The notes: generated by a model from the sequence alone, not told the origin. A DNA stretch of 64,000 bases from Candidatus Magasanikiibacteriota bacterium (GCA_018650085.1 JABIGQ010000038.1:4388-68387), one strand, 5' to 3'; shown: positions 8,254-18,257, numbered from the stretch's first letter. Translations and numbers: made by a program.

Positions 8254-10479
8254 ATGAAAAAACAAATAGTACAATCGAGTATTGCTTTTATATTTTTGTT
8301 AGGGATATTGGGGAATATGTATATTTGGCAGATGCCTTTTGTTGGCACGTTGTTATTTTTTTGTTTTTCTGCAACTATTGCGTGGATGTGGCAGCCGGGT
8401 GTTGCAAAAATATTTCATGTGAAGGTGCATAGTGCTATGACGCATTTGCTTGGGTGGAGTGTCGTATTATTTGGGTATGCGGTATTGTCTAGTGTTTCTG
8501 TAATGATTCATAGGCTGACGATGCATCATGTTTCAGGTATATTGTTGTGTAGTGTATTATTGCCTTTTATTTTTTCTTTTTTATATCATAAAGTAAAGCG
8601 GAAACGGGATAAAGGTGTTCGGACGTTGGTAAGTACAGAGTCTTGTAGTCGTCATGAAATATTTGGTGGAAGTTCGTGGTTTATGGTGGTCTATCTGTTA
8701 TTATGGGCTGCTGGTGTGGCATTGCTTGTTGGATCTACCAGTGATGTGGTCTTGCGTTCTCCATGGCAGGCAATTCATCATGTGTTCCCATATGTATTTT
8801 TCTTTGCCAGTATTGTATTTGGAATTATATTATTTTCTAGGTATAAAGTTCCTGTTATTTTATTTACTCTTATTTTACATACGTTTTTATTACATTTGTT
8901 TGTGCCATTATCCCATGTATTGCCATGGGGAGGAGATGTGTGGCGGCATATTGCTATGGAAGAGCGAGTGGTGGCTTCTGAGTATATACATCCCGTGCTT
9001 ATAGGAGATACTGTAGAGATGATCCCAATGTTTGGTGTGCAAATTCCACGATTGTTTTCTCATCCCCAAAAGCTTGGATATAGTATGCTGTGGGGTATGA
9101 CTTCTTTTATTCAATATATCACAGGGCTATCTTTTGAAATAATACATATTTGTTTGGTGCCATTGTTATTTTCTTTTATGGTGCCTGTACTTTTATTTCG
9201 TTTAGGCGCGGTACTTTTTGGGACTACCAGAAGGGGATTATGGTTGGCAGCTGCTTCTCTTATATTATATCCTATCCAAGCTGCGGGTTCTCTTACTGTT
9301 CCTGTAAGCCTTGGGTTTGTATTTTTCTTATTTGTCCTTACTATTTGGGCAACGTATTTACGTTATGGTTATAGATATATGCGGTGGATGTGGTGGGTGA
9401 CTACGGCATTACTTTTTTTTGGGTATTCTCTTTATGCAGTACTTGGATTATTACTTCTTGTATATACATATGCTTATCGTTATATAAAAGGTATCTCATC
9501 TCTGTGGATAAAAAGAAGTGTGCTTGGGATAGGAATGGGTTTGTCTATCTTTGTTATTCCTGTATTTGAATGGTTAGCGGGGACGTGGCAGATGGGTGGT
9601 GTTGATATCTTAAGAGAAATAAAACAAATACTCGGACAATGGAGTGGATTGTATTATATTTCTCAAATTCGTGATCACGATATTTCAAGTGGAAATATGT
9701 TGATAAATCAAACACCTCTATATGCATATGTGGAGACAGTATTTACGGTATGGCGTTGGTGGATATTGGGAGTATTGTCTGGTGTGTATGCCAGCGTATT
9801 TGTGGCTATGTGGTTTATTATAAAAGATAAAATAGATGATAGATGGCGTATATTATTGTGGTTTGGAATTTCACTTTTTGGTGGGTATCTCATAGGGTGG
9901 CATCTTGGTGGTGGAGATAGGGCTATTATTCGCCGTCTGGATTTGGTGTTGGGCTTATTGATTGTATTATTTGCTTGTTATGGATGGGTAAATATAATGG
10001 ATATGTTATCTATTCGTCTCTCTCGTGTGTGGTATAAAGTTGTGGTAATGGTGAGTGTATTATTTGTTATATTGTTAGGGGTGCAAACATATATAAGTGG
10101 GCCAGATGAATATGTATTACATAAGGATAGTTATGATGCTGCGCGTATTGTGGCTACAGAATTGGAATGGGAAAATCCGCAATGTATTATTGCAGACACA
10201 TGGGAATTACTTGCGTTAGAGCGATTTACTCATGCGTATATTATAGGTGGTGGATTTCCTATGGTACATGGATACGGTCAGCCAGAGCGTGTGCGTCTAT
10301 ATCATCAGTTAACAAGTGATTTTGTAGGAGATGAATTGGAAGTGGCGCATGAGCTTACTGGTGATGATAGTTGTGTGTTTATAACATCTGTGAATAATGT
10401 AGACGTTGAGGGTGTTACTGCATTGTTTGGGAGTGATCCAGAGCGGGTTGGTGGAGTATTTATTTGGAGAGAGGATTAA
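8254..10479 (+). CDS. Large polytopic membrane protein with the same architecture as the 6006..8078 gene. Possibly a paralogous GT-C-like transferase; speculative.
   Basis: 741-aa ORF with many TM helices and a C-terminal soluble domain whose layout parallels the divergent neighbour ('ADTWELLALERF..YIIGGG' vs 'DYIVLTNQMVGVTAMKEFG'). Confidence 0.55.
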   Translation: MKKQIVQSSIAFIFLLGILGNMYIWQMPFVGTLLFFCFSATIAWMWQPGVAKIFHVKVHSAMTHLLGWSVVLFGYAVLSSVSVMIHRLTMHHVSGILLCSVLLPFIFSFLYHKVKRKRDKGVRTLVSTESCSRHEIFGGSSWFMVVYLLLWAAGVALLVGSTSDVVLRSPWQAIHHVFPYVFFFASIVFGIILFSRYKVPVILFTLILHTFLLHLFVPLSHVLPWGGDVWRHIAMEERVVASEYIHPVLIGDTVEMIPMFGVQIPRLFSHPQKLGYSMLWGMTSFIQYITGLSFEIIHICLVPLLFSFMVPVLLFRLGAVLFGTTRRGLWLAAASLILYPIQAAGSLTVPVSLGFVFFLFVLTIWATYLRYGYRYMRWMWWVTTALLFFGYSLYAVLGLLLLVYTYAYRYIKGISSLWIKRSVLGIGMGLSIFVIPVFEWLAGTWQMGGVDILREIKQILGQWSGLYYISQIRDHDISSGNMLINQTPLYAYVETVFTVWRWWILGVLSGVYASVFVAMWFIIKDKIDDRWRILLWFGISLFGGYLIGWHLGGGDRAIIRRLDLVLGLLIVLFACYGWVNIMDMLSIRLSRVWYKVVVMVSVLFVILLGVQTYISGPDEYVLHKDSYDAARIVATELEWENPQCIIADTWELLALERFTHAYIIGGGFPMVHGYGQPERVRLYHQLTSDFVGDELEVAHELTGDDSCVFITSVNNVDVEGVTALFGSDPERVGGVFIWRED

Positions 10480-10535
10480 TTTCTTCTCTTGTTTCCTTTC
10501 CAATTTTACTGTATGATATCCACGTTGTTGTTATA

Positions 10536-13500
10536 ATAAAAGTTATGGATTTCGTCCACTTACATGTACATACAGATTATTCATTTTTAAATGGTTTACC
10601 AAAAGTAAAAGCCTTGGTTAAAGCAGCAAAAAAACAAGGGGCAAAGGCAATTGCTTTAACAGATTATGGTGGTATGTACGGGGCTATTGAATTTTATCAA
10701 GTATGTAAAAAAGAGGGGATAAAACCAATTATTGGATTTGATGCATATGTAGCACCACGAACCATGGCAGATAAAGATTTAGAAAAAGATAAGGCAGTGT
10801 ATAGATTAACACTCTTGGCAAAAGATTATACGGGATATGTGCATCTAATGAAGTTATGTTCAGAAGGGCACCTAGATGGATTTTTTAATGGAAAGCCACG
10901 AATAGATAAAGAAGCAATAAAAAGATATAGTGAAGGAGTTCTAGCATTGTCTGGGACTATTGATGGAGAAGTCTCACAATATCTATTGAAAGATAAATAT
11001 GAAGAAGCAAAAAAAGTTGCATTGGAATATGTAGATATATTTGGGGTAGATAATTTTTATCTTGAATTGCAAGATCACCCAGCAGTAGAAGGACAGATGA
11101 ATGTAAATAGTAAGCTTATTGAGTTATCAAAAGATACAGGTATTCCACTGGTTGTTACTCGTGATGTGCATTATCTAAAACCAGAAGATGCAGAAGCGCA
11201 AGATATTTTACGTTGTATTTCCGAGGGGTGGAAAGTAAATTATACAGATAGAGAAGACATGCGTCATGTGGATCGTTCATTAAATAGTGGAGAAGATATC
11301 TTTGCTCGTTTTCGCCATATCCCAGAGGCATTGGAAAATACAGTGAAAATTGCAGATCGTATCAATATTGAAATTGAATTAGATAATTGGCATTTTGCAC
11401 CAGTAGATAAACCAGATGATAAGACATATGATGATGTGCTTCGTGAGGACTCATATAAATGTGCGCCTGCATTTTATCCAGAGATGGGAAAAGAAATTAC
11501 AGAAAGAATTGAATATGAATTAGATATTATAAAAACAAAAGGGTATTCTCCATACTTTTTATGCGTAGCAGATTATGTAAGATACGCAAAAGATAATGGG
11601 ATCGTGGAATCTACTCGTGGATCTGCAGCAGGTTCTTTGGTCTCTTATGTATTGGGAATTACCACGGTAGATCCTATCCGTTTCAAACTTCCATTTGAAC
11701 GATTTTTAAATCCATTTCGTCCGAGTCCTCCAGATGTAGATACAGATTTTGCAGATGACAGAAGAGAAGAAATGATAGAATATGTTACAAAGAAATACGG
11801 GCAAGATAAAGTAGCACAAATTATCACCTTTGGAACCATGGCTGCACGTGCCAGTGTCAGAGACGTAGGGCGTGCTTTAGCATTATCTTATAGCTTTTGT
11901 GATCAGGTAGCAAAATTAATTCCTCCCGGAGCGCAGGGATTTCCTATGACGCTAGAGAGAGCATTGAAAGAAGAACCAGATTTAAAAGCATTGTATGATA
12001 CAAATGGAGATGTAAAAAAACTTTTAGATCTTGCACAGCAAGTTGAGGGGTGTAATCGTCATACCTCTATTCATGCTGCTGGAGTTGTGATCTCTCCTAC
12101 ACCATTGACTGATTTTACTCCAGTACAGCGAGAAACGGGTGGAGATAAATTGGTGACACAATATAGCATGTACGATGTAGAAGTAGCAGGAGTATTAAAA
12201 AATGATTTTTTAGGAATTCGTAATCTTGCTATTTTAGGAAATGCCGTAAAAATTGTACAAGCAACTACTGGTGTAGAAGTAGATATTTATACTCTTCCAC
12301 TAGATGATAAGAAAACATTTGATATGATTTCTCGTGGTGAGACTATGGGAGTATTTCAGTTTGGTTCTTCTGGAATAACAAAATGGACAAAAGAATTGCA
12401 ACCAACAGTGATAGAAGATATCATGGCTATGGTAGCTCTTTATCGACCAGGTCCAATGGATTTTATTCCAGAATATATTAGAAGGAAGCATAATCCAGAA
12501 GCTATTGATTATCCGCATCCAGATTTGGAAGAAATTTTAGAAAAATCTCTTGGTCTTCTTATTTACCAAGATGACATCATGCTTACAGCTATTAAACTAG
12601 CAGGGTATGATTGGTTAGAGGCAGACAAATTTAGAAAAGCCATGGGAAAAAAAATTCCAGAGTTAATGAAAGAGCAGGAAGAAAAATTTAAAAAAGGATG
12701 TATAAAAAATAATATTAGTACTAGTGTGGTGACTGATCTTTGGGCTAGGATTAAGCCGTTTGCATCGTATGGTTTTAATAAAAGTCATGCAGCAAGTTAC
12801 GGAATGGTTGCCTATCAGACAGCGTACATGAAGGCTAATTATCCGGTACAATACATGACTGCTATTTTACAAGCAGAGTTTGGTGATACAGATAAAGTGG
12901 CAGCTATTGTGGCAGAATGTAGACGTATGGAGATAGATGTATTGCCTCCAGATATCAATGAAAGTTTTAAAAACTTTGCCATGGTTTCAAAGCATGGAGA
13001 ACCTGGACGAATTAGGTTTGGGCTGACCGCTATTAAAAATGTAGGAGAACATATTTGTGAAGTGATTTATAGAGAAAGAAAAGAGCGTGGGTCATTTAAA
13101 GATTTGGAAGATTTACTTCATCGTGTGAATGATAAAGATTTGAGTAAAAGATCATTGCAGAGTTTAGCAGAAGCAGGAGCCATGGATGGCTTTGGTATAG
13201 ATAGGGGAGTGTTTATTGCAAACATGGAAAATATTTTGTTTTTATTAAAACAAATAAAAGAAAAACGAATTAGTAATCAGGCTTCATTATTTGCAGGGAC
13301 AGATATTGTTCTAGATAGTAAAGTGGTATTAAAAAAAGCAGAGAATGCTACTATGGAAGAAAAATTGATATGGGAAAAGAAATTGCTAGGGTTATATATC
13401 TCATCTCATCCTTTTTTATATTTTCAAGAAAAAATGAAAGATGTGTTAACACCCCTAGAAGACGTAGAAGAGGCGCCACGGGACGAATGGACGGTTGTGG

Positions 13501-14039
13501 GGGGCATTGTAGATAAGGTGCAGAAAAAAATCACAAAGCGTGGAGATGTCATGCTATTTGTCACTATTCAAGATACCACACGGGTTATGGAATTATTGGT
13601 ATTTCCAAAGGTGTATAAAAAAACACAGCCACTGTGGGTGGAAGGGAATATCTTATGTATTGTAGGAAAGACTCCTAGAGAAGAAGGAGAAAATAAAGTA
13701 TTTCCAGAAAATGTATATCTTCTTGATAAAGAAAATGCAGAACATATTGCACGGCAGGTGTCTCTGGGCAATAGTATTGGGAAAAAAGAAAAAAAGGAAA
13801 AAGGGGATAGTAATTTGGTATTTAAAGAATTGACTGTGTCTATCACTATGACGCAGGAGGAAGCAGGCAAGCACAGTGATGCACTAAAAACAGTATTTGC
13901 CAGTCACCCGGGGAAGCGTAGAGTCTATATTTGCATTGGAGCAGATACGATAAAGACGGATTTTATGGTTGATTGGAATATTGTGCTAGATAAAGCAATA
14001 GAAGAGATGGTTGGAAGTGGGCGAGTGGTTGTTTCTTAG
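10536..14039 (+). CDS. dnaE: DNA polymerase III alpha subunit.
   Basis: PHP domain at the N-terminus ('MDFVHLHVHTDYSFLNGL'), 'FLCVADYV', and the length and fingers/palm/OB order typical of DnaE. The first ATG is at 10536; the track ORF starts earlier at a non-ATG codon. Confidence 0.9.
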   Translation: MKVMDFVHLHVHTDYSFLNGLPKVKALVKAAKKQGAKAIALTDYGGMYGAIEFYQVCKKEGIKPIIGFDAYVAPRTMADKDLEKDKAVYRLTLLAKDYTGYVHLMKLCSEGHLDGFFNGKPRIDKEAIKRYSEGVLALSGTIDGEVSQYLLKDKYEEAKKVALEYVDIFGVDNFYLELQDHPAVEGQMNVNSKLIELSKDTGIPLVVTRDVHYLKPEDAEAQDILRCISEGWKVNYTDREDMRHVDRSLNSGEDIFARFRHIPEALENTVKIADRINIEIELDNWHFAPVDKPDDKTYDDVLREDSYKCAPAFYPEMGKEITERIEYELDIIKTKGYSPYFLCVADYVRYAKDNGIVESTRGSAAGSLVSYVLGITTVDPIRFKLPFERFLNPFRPSPPDVDTDFADDRREEMIEYVTKKYGQDKVAQIITFGTMAARASVRDVGRALALSYSFCDQVAKLIPPGAQGFPMTLERALKEEPDLKALYDTNGDVKKLLDLAQQVEGCNRHTSIHAAGVVISPTPLTDFTPVQRETGGDKLVTQYSMYDVEVAGVLKNDFLGIRNLAILGNAVKIVQATTGVEVDIYTLPLDDKKTFDMISRGETMGVFQFGSSGITKWTKELQPTVIEDIMAMVALYRPGPMDFIPEYIRRKHNPEAIDYPHPDLEEILEKSLGLLIYQDDIMLTAIKLAGYDWLEADKFRKAMGKKIPELMKEQEEKFKKGCIKNNISTSVVTDLWARIKPFASYGFNKSHAASYGMVAYQTAYMKANYPVQYMTAILQAEFGDTDKVAAIVAECRRMEIDVLPPDINESFKNFAMVSKHGEPGRIRFGLTAIKNVGEHICEVIYRERKERGSFKDLEDLLHRVNDKDLSKRSLQSLAEAGAMDGFGIDRGVFIANMENILFLLKQIKEKRISNQASLFAGTDIVLDSKVVLKKAENATMEEKLIWEKKLLGLYISSHPFLYFQEKMKDVLTPLEDVEEAPRDEWTVVGGIVDKVQKKITKRGDVMLFVTIQDTTRVMELLVFPKVYKKTQPLWVEGNILCIVGKTPREEGENKVFPENVYLLDKENAEHIARQVSLGNSIGKKEKKEKGDSNLVFKELTVSITMTQEEAGKHSDALKTVFASHPGKRRVYICIGADTIKTDFMVDWNIVLDKAIEEMVGSGRVVVS

Positions 14040-14063
14040 TTGCGGAATTAAGTAGAATATAAA

Positions 14064-14100
14064 TAAAAAAACAGCAATGATATGTGCTGTTTTTTTATTC
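14064..14100 (+). terminator. Rho-independent terminator after dnaE.
   Basis: AACAGCA-N8-TGCTGTT followed by T7. Confidence 0.6.
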
Positions 14101-14160
14101 TCAGATATATTTTTTATGTAACAATATATCTGGGAGGTGCAAGGAGGCCTGATGCGCTAG

Positions 14161-14394
14161 TTAATGGCTAGGCCTGCTCTTGCGGTTGGTGGGGGATACA
14201 TGGTAGGAAGGAAGGGTTGGCATATCATCCTCCTCAGGAGGATGTTGTATGCGTATGCAACATTGAGTGCATCTTAGATTTCCTCCTTCTTTAATAAATT
14301 CGCTTTTCGCAAATTCAGTAGGATAGGGATACTCTTTGCCACAGTCTGGGCAAATCATAGGTTTTCTCTCGAGGGGGGAAGTTGAGCCCCTCAT
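14161..14394 (-). CDS. Small zinc-ribbon protein (CxxC...CxxCC), uncertain.
   Basis: 'MICPDCGKEYPYPTEFAKSEFIKEGGNLRCTQCC' is a four-Cys ribbon. The likely start is the internal Met at 14358. The ORF lies in a GC-rich patch, and the C-terminal part overlaps a near-perfect palindrome CATCCTCCT(C)AGGAGGATG. Confidence 0.3.
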   Translation of the reverse strand: MRGSTSPLERKPMICPDCGKEYPYPTEFAKSEFIKEGGNLRCTQCCIRIQHPPEEDDMPTLPSYHVSPTNRKSRPSH

Positions 14395-14457
14395 TATATA
14401 TTCAATAATTTCAATATATTACATATATAATGAGAGGATCAACAAAAAATCCTCAAA

Positions 14458-14490
14458 AAAAAGAAACCCAACTAGGGTTCCCTCCTTATA
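14458..14490 (-). terminator. Rho-independent terminator for tsaD on the - strand.
   Basis: On the - strand: GGAACCC-TAGTT-GGGTTTC followed by T8. Confidence 0.5.
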
Positions 14491-14538
14491 TTTTCAATGA
14501 ACAAATTATAAAAAGTGTACATCTATTTTTTATTTCAG

Positions 14539-15615
14539 TCAAGATTTGTCTGTTAATAACCACTGTGGATCTGCCACAATATCTTGCCATGTAGTGTACT
14601 CTTTTTTCTTTGCATGATAATACCCCGCTAGTGCAATCATCGCTGCATTATCCATAGAGTACCCAGATTTGGGTATACGCACTTCCAATGTTTGATCTTG
14701 TTTTTTTATTTCATCTTGTAGTGTTTTTTGTAATTTTTTATTTGCAGAAACTCCACCACCTAGGATAATTGTTTTTGGATTATATTTTTTTGTAGCTCGA
14801 AGTGTTTTTATAACTAACACATCTATAATTGCCTGCTCAAAGCTGGCACAAAAATCTTGTCGTGTTACCGCTTGTCTACCAAATAATTTTTTTATGTTAG
14901 CCATACATGGTTTTTCTAATCTATGATCTTGTAACCAGTAAAGTGCTGCTGTTTTTAATCCAGCAAAACTAAAATCTTCTGTATCTTTTTTTAGCATTGG
15001 GCGTGGAAAGGGGATTGCTTTTTCATTTCCAGTTTTTGCCAATGCAGATATTTGTGGCCCACCTGGGTATGGGAGACCAAGCATCTTTGCTACTTTATCA
15101 AAAGTTTCCCCGGCTGCATCATCTCTTGTAGCTCCTATTTGTACATATTCTCCATGATTTTTCATAAGGGTAAGAGAAGTATGACCTCCACTGACAGTGA
15201 GGCATAGTGCTGGAAATGTTATATCTGGGAGTGGTGTTTGGGTTCCTTTTTCTGGAAGGAGTACTGAATAGATATGCCCTTCCATATGATGTGTGCGGAC
15301 TAGAGGAATGTCTAATAGAAAAGAAAGGGACTTAGCAGCTTCCACACCCACGAGAAGGCCTGTAATGAGCCCAGGGCCTGCAGTAACTGCCAGAGCATCT
15401 GGTTTTGCTTGTCCTTTTAATACTTCTTCTATGACAGGTAATATTTGCTCTGCATGCTTTCTTCCGGCTAACTCTGGGATAACGCCACCATATTTTTTAT
15501 GTATCTCAATTTGGCTGGCAGTTTTTTCTGCAAGGATAGTTATATTGTTATTTTTTATCTGAAGTAATGCTACGCTGGTATCATCACAAGAAGATTCAAT
15601 TCCAAGGATAATCAT
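14539..15615 (-). CDS. tsaD: tRNA N6-adenosine threonylcarbamoyltransferase TsaD (Kae1/Gcp family).
   Basis: 'MIILGIESSCDDTSVAL' N-terminus, 'GPGLITGLLVG', 'GGVSANKKL'. Typical length of 358 aa. Confidence 0.85.
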   Translation of the reverse strand: MIILGIESSCDDTSVALLQIKNNNITILAEKTASQIEIHKKYGGVIPELAGRKHAEQILPVIEEVLKGQAKPDALAVTAGPGLITGLLVGVEAAKSLSFLLDIPLVRTHHMEGHIYSVLLPEKGTQTPLPDITFPALCLTVSGGHTSLTLMKNHGEYVQIGATRDDAAGETFDKVAKMLGLPYPGGPQISALAKTGNEKAIPFPRPMLKKDTEDFSFAGLKTAALYWLQDHRLEKPCMANIKKLFGRQAVTRQDFCASFEQAIIDVLVIKTLRATKKYNPKTIILGGGVSANKKLQKTLQDEIKKQDQTLEVRIPKSGYSMDNAAMIALAGYYHAKKKEYTTWQDIVADPQWLLTDKS

Positions 15616-15650
15616 AGAGTTTGCTCTTATTGTATGTATATTATCATAAC

Positions 15651-15679
15651 AAAAAAATGGCTTCTACGCCATTGTTTTT
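15651..15679 (-). terminator. Hairpin plus T-run downstream of tRNA-Glu. It reads as a terminator on both strands.
   Basis: AATGGC-TTCTAC-GCCATT flanked by A7 on the left and T5 on the right. Confidence 0.4.
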
Positions 15680-15735
15680 GTCTTTAAAGATTGTGCTTGC
15701 TAGGCGCAACTTGCCGAAGGACAAGTGGAGACTAG

Positions 15736-15807
15736 TATCGCCACGGGGAATCGAACCCCGATTACCAGGATGAAAACCTGGTGTCCTAACCATTAGACGA
15801 TGGCGAC
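15736..15807 (-). tRNA. tRNA-Glu, anticodon UUC.
   Basis: The reverse complement folds as a cloverleaf: GTCGCCA/TGGCGAT acceptor; D-arm GTCT..GGAC with an 'AATGGTTA' loop; anticodon stem CCAGG/CCTGG with loop TTTTCAT; T-arm CGGGG-TTCGATT-CCCCG. The D-arm resembles bacterial tRNA-Glu. No CCA is encoded. Confidence 0.85.
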
Positions 15808-16019
15808 TTGTATAACGAGAATATTATATAGTATCTGTATATAAAAGTCAAGGCATAGTCATCGCAGAACGAAAGTTGATATTGTAAGTTGGAGAATTTA
15901 ATTCAGATTATGCCTTAAAAAAATGAAGTCTAGCCTTAGCTACAGTGAACTTTTTTAAGGTATGAGATGGATAAAATTATATGCTTACGATGTTAAGTTT
16001 TGTTTTGTGGTGACTATAG

Positions 16020-18179
16020 TTATGTGGAAAACGAAATATCTATACTATAGACCTTTTTATCATCTAAAAGATATAGTATTTCTTTCTCTAAATCAATAGT
16101 AAACGATTGCGGAGATTCCCACATATCGCTTTGGTATTGGCGGATTAATTTGCCATCTTTCGTAATTTCTACAATTCGTTTTTCTCCACGATCAAGGATA
16201 TAAATATGATCATGTTCATATCGAACCCAGAGTTCTACCGGTTCTGCGAGTACTGGCTTTATGCTATCTGTATGAAATGATACAGGTTTTCCTCTTTCAA
16301 ATACGAGGACTTCTCCTGTTTGTTTTAAAATATAAATACGCCCATCTATCCCAATATCAATAGCTCCTGTAATATCTACATCTGTGGCTAACCATGCACT
16401 CCCTCTATCATATCCGCTCACAGTAGGATTATGTTTAAAGATTTGATTATGAATAGGATCTAGAGTATAAAGTCGTTTATTATATGTGGCAATAGCAGTA
16501 ATAGTTGTTTCTTCTGTTGGGTAAGAAATATCTTGTGATTTCACTCCTTTTGTCTCTACATCCCAAGATACAATGCTATTTTGATTGGTAACAAAAATAA
16601 TGTTTTCTTCTTCTTTTGGGACATAACTATGAATCATTGCAGGGACACTATCATAGTGTTTTGTTTCTATAGATTTAGTAGATGGATTTAGTAATAAAAC
16701 ATCTTTACTGTCATCTGTATAGAGAAATAATCCTCCATCTGCATAAGCAATTCTCGTAAGAGAACCGTAAGATCCAAGATCTTCAATAAGCATTGGATTT
16801 GCATCTTCTATCTTTTGGAGTTTTCGCTGAAGGGTTTTTGTTTTTTCTTCTACATTTGTACGGATGTCATTTATTTCTGCTCCTTCTGGAAGGCCTTCGA
16901 TAAGTGTTTGTATTTCTTCAAGCAATCGGAGTGCCTTTGATTCATTCCCATAGAGCATGCTTGCCTCTGCTGTTTCATATCGCTCTTGGATATCTGTGAG
17001 TGTTTGCTCTTGTATTGTTGCGATTTGTGCTTGTTCTTTTTTATATTTTACTCCCCATATACTCACACTAAATATAATGATGAGCCCCAGTGCGCTAACA
17101 AATAATATTTTACTTAGAAGAGAAAGACTGGTGATATATTGTTTTTTTCTGTAAATACTTTGTTTGTATTGGTCAAGAATGGTCTTTCTTTGATTCCCAT
17201 GATTTGTAGTAATAAGAAAGAGCACAAGTAATTGTTTCCAAATACCAATAACAATATGTTTTAAAAGCAAGGCAAACTGTACCAGCATCATCACCAATAT
17301 TTTTCCTACCATAATTAATATACGATTCCACAATGGTTCATCGGATTTTTTTTGGGATGGGCGTGGGCGATAATTTGTTTCTGAACGTGAAGTAGATTTT
17401 TTACTTTCTTGTGCAGTTATTTTTTGTTTATTTGAGGGTATGTTTTTTTTATGTGTTTCTGGAATAATAAGTGGAAGTTCTTTTTCTTTAAATGGACGTT
17501 TCTTTTTTGGTTGGTGGATAAGTAGCCCGCCAAAAGACCTGTCGCTGCGTTGGCTGTCTAGTGTTTTTTGGACATAGGCTATGGCACTTGCTGGTGGGCG
17601 AGAGGTAAAAATATGTTGGAGACGTCCTTCTGGGAATACTTGTGCTATTCCAGGAGTTCCTATAAATAATAAATCATCATCAGCCAAGCTGCCTTCTGTC
17701 ACACGAGAAAAAAGTTTTTCTGTATGATTCGTTTTTTTCCCTTCAAGCAAATTCATGATATTCCATGATTTTTCTTCATGGTACATAAGAACGGATTGTG
17801 GGGTTCCATGTGCTGCAAAATAGAGTGTATTGTCTTCTATGACTCCTACAAAACAATCAATCTCCCCACCATCTTTCCCTAAAACATGATGTCCTCTATG
17901 ATTTATAAATTCTAGTGCGCATTCAAAGGCGTGCTTTTTATCATCATTATTTGATTCATAATATCCAGATTCTAGGTCATCTATCATGCGTTGAACATGT
18001 TCTATTTGGTCTACAGTGCCTTCTTGTATTTCACAGATAGCAAAAAATGAGCCCTTCCCTTCTTCCTCGGGGGCGTTTTCTGTAATATGCAAAAGGACAT
18101 GCGACTGTGCTAGTCGTTTTCCTTCTGAAAAAAATTCATATAGTTCAAACGGTTCTCTCATAAATTTTGACTTCATCAT
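16020..18179 (-). CDS. Hypothetical bitopic membrane protein: N-terminal cytoplasmic domain, two TM helices, a coiled-coil, then a C-terminal beta-propeller-like repeat domain.
   Basis: 719-aa ORF. TM region 'ILIMVGKILVMMLVQFALLL' and 'LLSKILFVSALGLIIIFSVSIWGV'. Heptad-rich segment. C-terminal repeats with recurring 'YTLD/YILD/LYLLD' strands. Confidence 0.55.
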   Translation of the reverse strand: MMKSKFMREPFELYEFFSEGKRLAQSHVLLHITENAPEEEGKGSFFAICEIQEGTVDQIEHVQRMIDDLESGYYESNNDDKKHAFECALEFINHRGHHVLGKDGGEIDCFVGVIEDNTLYFAAHGTPQSVLMYHEEKSWNIMNLLEGKKTNHTEKLFSRVTEGSLADDDLLFIGTPGIAQVFPEGRLQHIFTSRPPASAIAYVQKTLDSQRSDRSFGGLLIHQPKKKRPFKEKELPLIIPETHKKNIPSNKQKITAQESKKSTSRSETNYRPRPSQKKSDEPLWNRILIMVGKILVMMLVQFALLLKHIVIGIWKQLLVLFLITTNHGNQRKTILDQYKQSIYRKKQYITSLSLLSKILFVSALGLIIIFSVSIWGVKYKKEQAQIATIQEQTLTDIQERYETAEASMLYGNESKALRLLEEIQTLIEGLPEGAEINDIRTNVEEKTKTLQRKLQKIEDANPMLIEDLGSYGSLTRIAYADGGLFLYTDDSKDVLLLNPSTKSIETKHYDSVPAMIHSYVPKEEENIIFVTNQNSIVSWDVETKGVKSQDISYPTEETTITAIATYNKRLYTLDPIHNQIFKHNPTVSGYDRGSAWLATDVDITGAIDIGIDGRIYILKQTGEVLVFERGKPVSFHTDSIKPVLAEPVELWVRYEHDHIYILDRGEKRIVEITKDGKLIRQYQSDMWESPQSFTIDLEKEILYLLDDKKVYSIDISFST

Positions 18180-18257
18180 GCATAGGTATTATACTATATT
18201 TACTTTAATGATGGAAGCCCCAAGATTGTTTCCTTATATTTTATAATTATTAGACAT

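Noticed and set aside
8654-9569. Several 60-116-aa + and - strand ORFs inside the 741-aa membrane-protein gene (8654..9004, 8908..9114, 9150..9374, 9384..9569).
   Set aside because: These are alternative-frame or antisense ORFs within a long continuous hydrophobic ORF, typical by-products. The in-frame long ORF is far more parsimonious.
14161-14260. SRP (4.5S) RNA, suggested by 'GGAAGGAAG' in the GC-rich patch.
   Set aside because: The flanking sequence does not form the UCC-GGAA-GGA helix-8 apical loop or the conserved AGCAGC context. I could not build the domain IV structure, so it is left as an unassigned GC-rich patch.
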